Below are positions 60,864 through 64,000 of a stretch of DNA of 64,000 nt, piece by piece. Source of the DNA: Psammoneis japonica (taxonomy: Eukaryota). The notes under the pieces were generated by a model. It did no database searches and was not told where the DNA came from. It worked only from the letters and a program-made list of their open reading frames with translations. Each line of letters begins with the position of its first letter. Position 1 is the first letter of the stretch. The stretch is from assembly GCA_008632985.1 (NCBI GenBank), contig QPGO01000020.1, forward strand, positions 248,001 through 312,000. The letters are read 5' to 3'. Made by a program: the position numbers and the translations under genes.

Positions 60864-62865
60864 TCAGACGTTGTTCGTGTTCTCATAGGTCCAACCTTTT
60901 CGAATCACGGCCAGAGCCACGTCTTCTTGCACCTTGATGTCAATGGTGCCACGAGTATCCTGGTCATCGCTATTTGATGATGATGACGACGAATCGCTCT
61001 CTGCTGCTGCTGCTGCTACTACTAGAAGACACCTCGTCGTCACTATGTCCACCAAGAGTCAGTCACCATCATGCCAGTATCCTGCTGCTGCTCATCCAAA
61101 GCACCCTTTGCTTTGATTTGTTTCTGTTTGTGCATTTCCCATACTCGCTCCTTTTCCTGATGACGATCCTGCTTCATATTATCCTCCAACCGCTGACGCA
61201 CCTTGTCGACATAGGCATCCACCAACGAGTCCCGTTCCTCATGCATAGTGTCCGTACTGGTATTTTTCAAAGAAAGCATGGTAGGATCCTGTTCCTGCCC
61301 ATCGTCATCAAAGACGAATCATGTATTCTTGATATCTGAGCCTCAATCCACCTTGATTCGCCAACTTTGCCGCCTTGATTTGCTCCTTGAGCTTTTGAAG
61401 CTTGTGAATGACGTTTTTGGATTTGCGCCCCTGCGTTCGATCCTTGAGTTTTTGTAGAAACCGAAGGTTGGGAGTACCGGTAAAGGGCAGTCCCAGAGAA
61501 GGGGCAAACTCGTCCACAGCCAAGTCATCCACCTTGAAGATGTCCTTCTTTGGCATTTTAAATGAATCGATCGTGGATGGGACTGAAATGCATTTTTGGC
61601 GAGCGATTGCAGCTCAGGATTCGACGCGACGAGTGAGGCTGCACGTTGGGTAAAAAGAACCGTCTTGGTTGGGTTCATGGCCAGCTTTTTCAACGGCACG
61701 CGAGACTTGCTCAGCAATTCCAAGATGCCGGCTTATTCCTGTGGGGTGACACGCAATAAAGACTTTCCACCACAATTCTACCGTGTTGTTCGTCCGACAC
61801 GTTGAATATACATGTCTTGGAGTTCGGGCGCATCCACTTGAACCACCCAATCGACGCTTACAAAGTTTAGCCCGCGCGTCAAGACGTCTGTGGCAAACAA
61901 AACGGCGTTTGGTCGATGTACAAAGTCAAAATAAATATAGGTTCGTTTGGTTTGCACCAGCTTGCCATGCAACGCCATGACGGGAATACCGGGTTGAAGC
62001 ACACAAAAGAGCTGTCACGCAAAGCGTAATTGGGATCATGACGCCAAGAATATAATCGATTTTGACTTGAGATGTGACTTGATAAAGGTATTCACCATGT
62101 TGAACTTGTGCTCGAGGAGAACCACAACGACAGACTGAATCAGATTGGTATTCAGGCGTTTTCAACGACGAGGCAGCCAAATCAGAAACTCGTTTCGTCT
62201 GCGTTGCAGAAAACAACAAAGTTTGTCGTTCGCTCGGCAGATGTTCAAGTATTTGATCTGCTTCGTCCAGTACCAGTATTAGCATGTGGGAAACGTCAAA
62301 GTTTGGTTTCTGTTCCAAGTGCTGCTACACACGTCCCGGTGTAGCCACGAGGATATTTGTCCAGCCAAAATGCTGTTGTTCGACATGATACTCCTTTGCC
62401 ACCCACTACTAGTCCAGCAGACATGCATGATGTTGTCCAACCTTTTCAATACCGGTACTTGAAAGATCTGTAAAGCTCACGATTCCGACTTTGAACAAGA
62501 GCACCGGGCCCGTCGGATGGAGTGTATCACGCGCTAAAAACAGTTTTTCAATAAGCGGCACCAGAAATGCCAGAGTTTCTTCAGAGCCCGTTCGTGCCGC
62601 GCCCATATTGTCTCTCCCACACAGAGCATGAGGAATAAAAGCGTTTTGTATTTCAGCCCTGGTGACAAAGTTTGCACCATCCAATCCACACAACGTTGCT
62701 TCCGACAAGGGCAGCGCTCGAAACGAAACCTGCTGACCAAGCGTAGGAGTATCAGGATCAGGAGCTTCTGCAGCAATCCGCTGTTCCAGACTCTCAATCT
62801 CTTGCGCTCATTTTACATCATGTTTCTCATCGCCCCGCTTCTTTTGGGGATGGCGGTGCTTATCA
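60864..62865 (-). pseudogene. DBP4: DEAD-box RNA helicase DBP4/DDX10 pseudogene
   Basis: Degenerate Q motif/Walker A (GRDNMGAARTGSEETLAFL), [64 protein letters not shown]; many indels and internal deletions. Confidence 0.85.
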
Positions 62866-63575
62866 ACAAACAATGTGACTGGAGAAGAATAACTTGGTCG
62901 ACCTGGGGGTAATTCTCTTTTCGGCCCACCTCAGCCCTCAGCCTTAGCAAACAACATTGAACCTTTGGAGAATTGATAGGTCTTCACTTTGTGTGCGATG
63001 AAGCATTTGGTAACTAATTCAATCGTTATTTCTGTTGGCGTACAAACTGAAAATGAGTGAGGTGTAGTTGTCATCCCGAAAGAAACAGAATAAGTTCCGG
63101 ACCGCTGTCGTCTGTTGGAAACACACCAACCAACCACGAGCCGCGACGTCCAGAGCTAGTCTCAAACACTCCAAATATAAGGTGCCCCACACATCAGCGC
63201 CTTTTATCTATATTTATTATGAAACGAATGAGGCATAGGTAAAGGGATGAGAGGAGGGAAATAATAACAAACTCGACGAAACATACCGGAACGACGACAA
63301 CAGCAGCAGACTCACAGACTCACACACCACACCGAAGGAGTCGAAACCGATTTTCTTGCGTGGAGTGGCACTTGTCAAAATCGATCCAACACGTAATGGT
63401 GCTAAAGATAAATGACGACAACATCACGAGTGACTCACCTTGTGAAAAACGGTGGCAACGACGGTGGACGCGACGCAAATTCGCCATGGTGGCTACGCAA
63501 ATTCTGCGTGGAATTTTTCGTTTTTGTACCAGGAACCAGGAACCTAAAAAATCGCACGGTACAGTATCTTAGGCA

Positions 63576-63659
63576 CGTTCCCACCCTGATAATTTCGGCC
63601 GTAAAATAAATATAATTTGGCCAAATTTACGTATTTTACGGGCGTCAGGGCTGGGAACG
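63576..63659. repeat. ~84-bp imperfect palindrome (foldback)
   Basis: CGTTCCCA-CCCTGA ... CCGTAAAATA ... AATTTGG|CCAAATT ... TATTTTACGG ... TCAGGGCTGGGAACG. Confidence 0.85.
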
Positions 63660-64000
63660 AATTCGATCGGTAAAAAAGATCAAAATCTCATGTCGAGCTC
63701 GGTGAGGACGCTACACGCCACAGCACTGTTTACACTGCTACTACAGCACTGGCTAGAGCTGCTAGCTAGAGAGACACCACAACATTGTCAGCGACAATCG
63801 TTGTCCATTTTGCGATTGCTCTACGGTAACCCAAGACTCAGGATAACACCAGTGAAGGTCAGAAGAAATACATCCAACATTCAATCCACTAGCAAGAGTT
63901 GCAGAGAGATCAGAAAGACGCACGAAACAATGGCATGCAGTGAGACTACAGCATGTAAAACTACTAAATGTAATTTCTACAGAATGTGAGGTACTAAAAG

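Overview
Eukaryotic genomic DNA, almost certainly from a (pennate) diatom: short GT-AG introns, ASAFAP-type bipartite plastid presequences, a frustulin-like Cys domain and a CoDi-type Ty1/Copia relic. The window is a mosaic of three kinds of sequence. (1) Apparently functional gene islands: ABC1 kinase, Patched/NPC1-like, SF1 helicase-nuclease, PDI, aldo-keto reductase, discoidin-frustulin-PhoX fusion, CBS, His-rich protein, ClpS, His-phosphatase-GNAT. (2) A ~11 kb run of conventionally decayed pseudogenes at 52-63 kb (TauE, TAF11-like, class III aminotransferase, DBP4/DDX10). (3) Four sharply bounded blocks (~5.8-9.45, 18.3-27.2, 29.5-39.75, 48.4-51.9 kb; about 26 kb in total) in which the TpA dinucleotide has been almost erased and CpG is partly to almost fully lost, with TpG/CpA in excess. 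Conserved Copia, LRR and vWA motifs inside these blocks show Tyr->Cys/His, Val->Ala, Ile->Thr and Leu->Pro changes, i.e. TpA->TpG/CpA (A:T->G:C) transitions. 5mC deamination cannot produce these, and they run opposite to fungal RIP. This region-targeted TpA hypermutation is the best candidate for an undescribed system. Several otherwise intact genes carry single-base homopolymer deletions that are probably assembly errors. All counts are by eye and approximate; family assignments come from motif recognition, not database searches.
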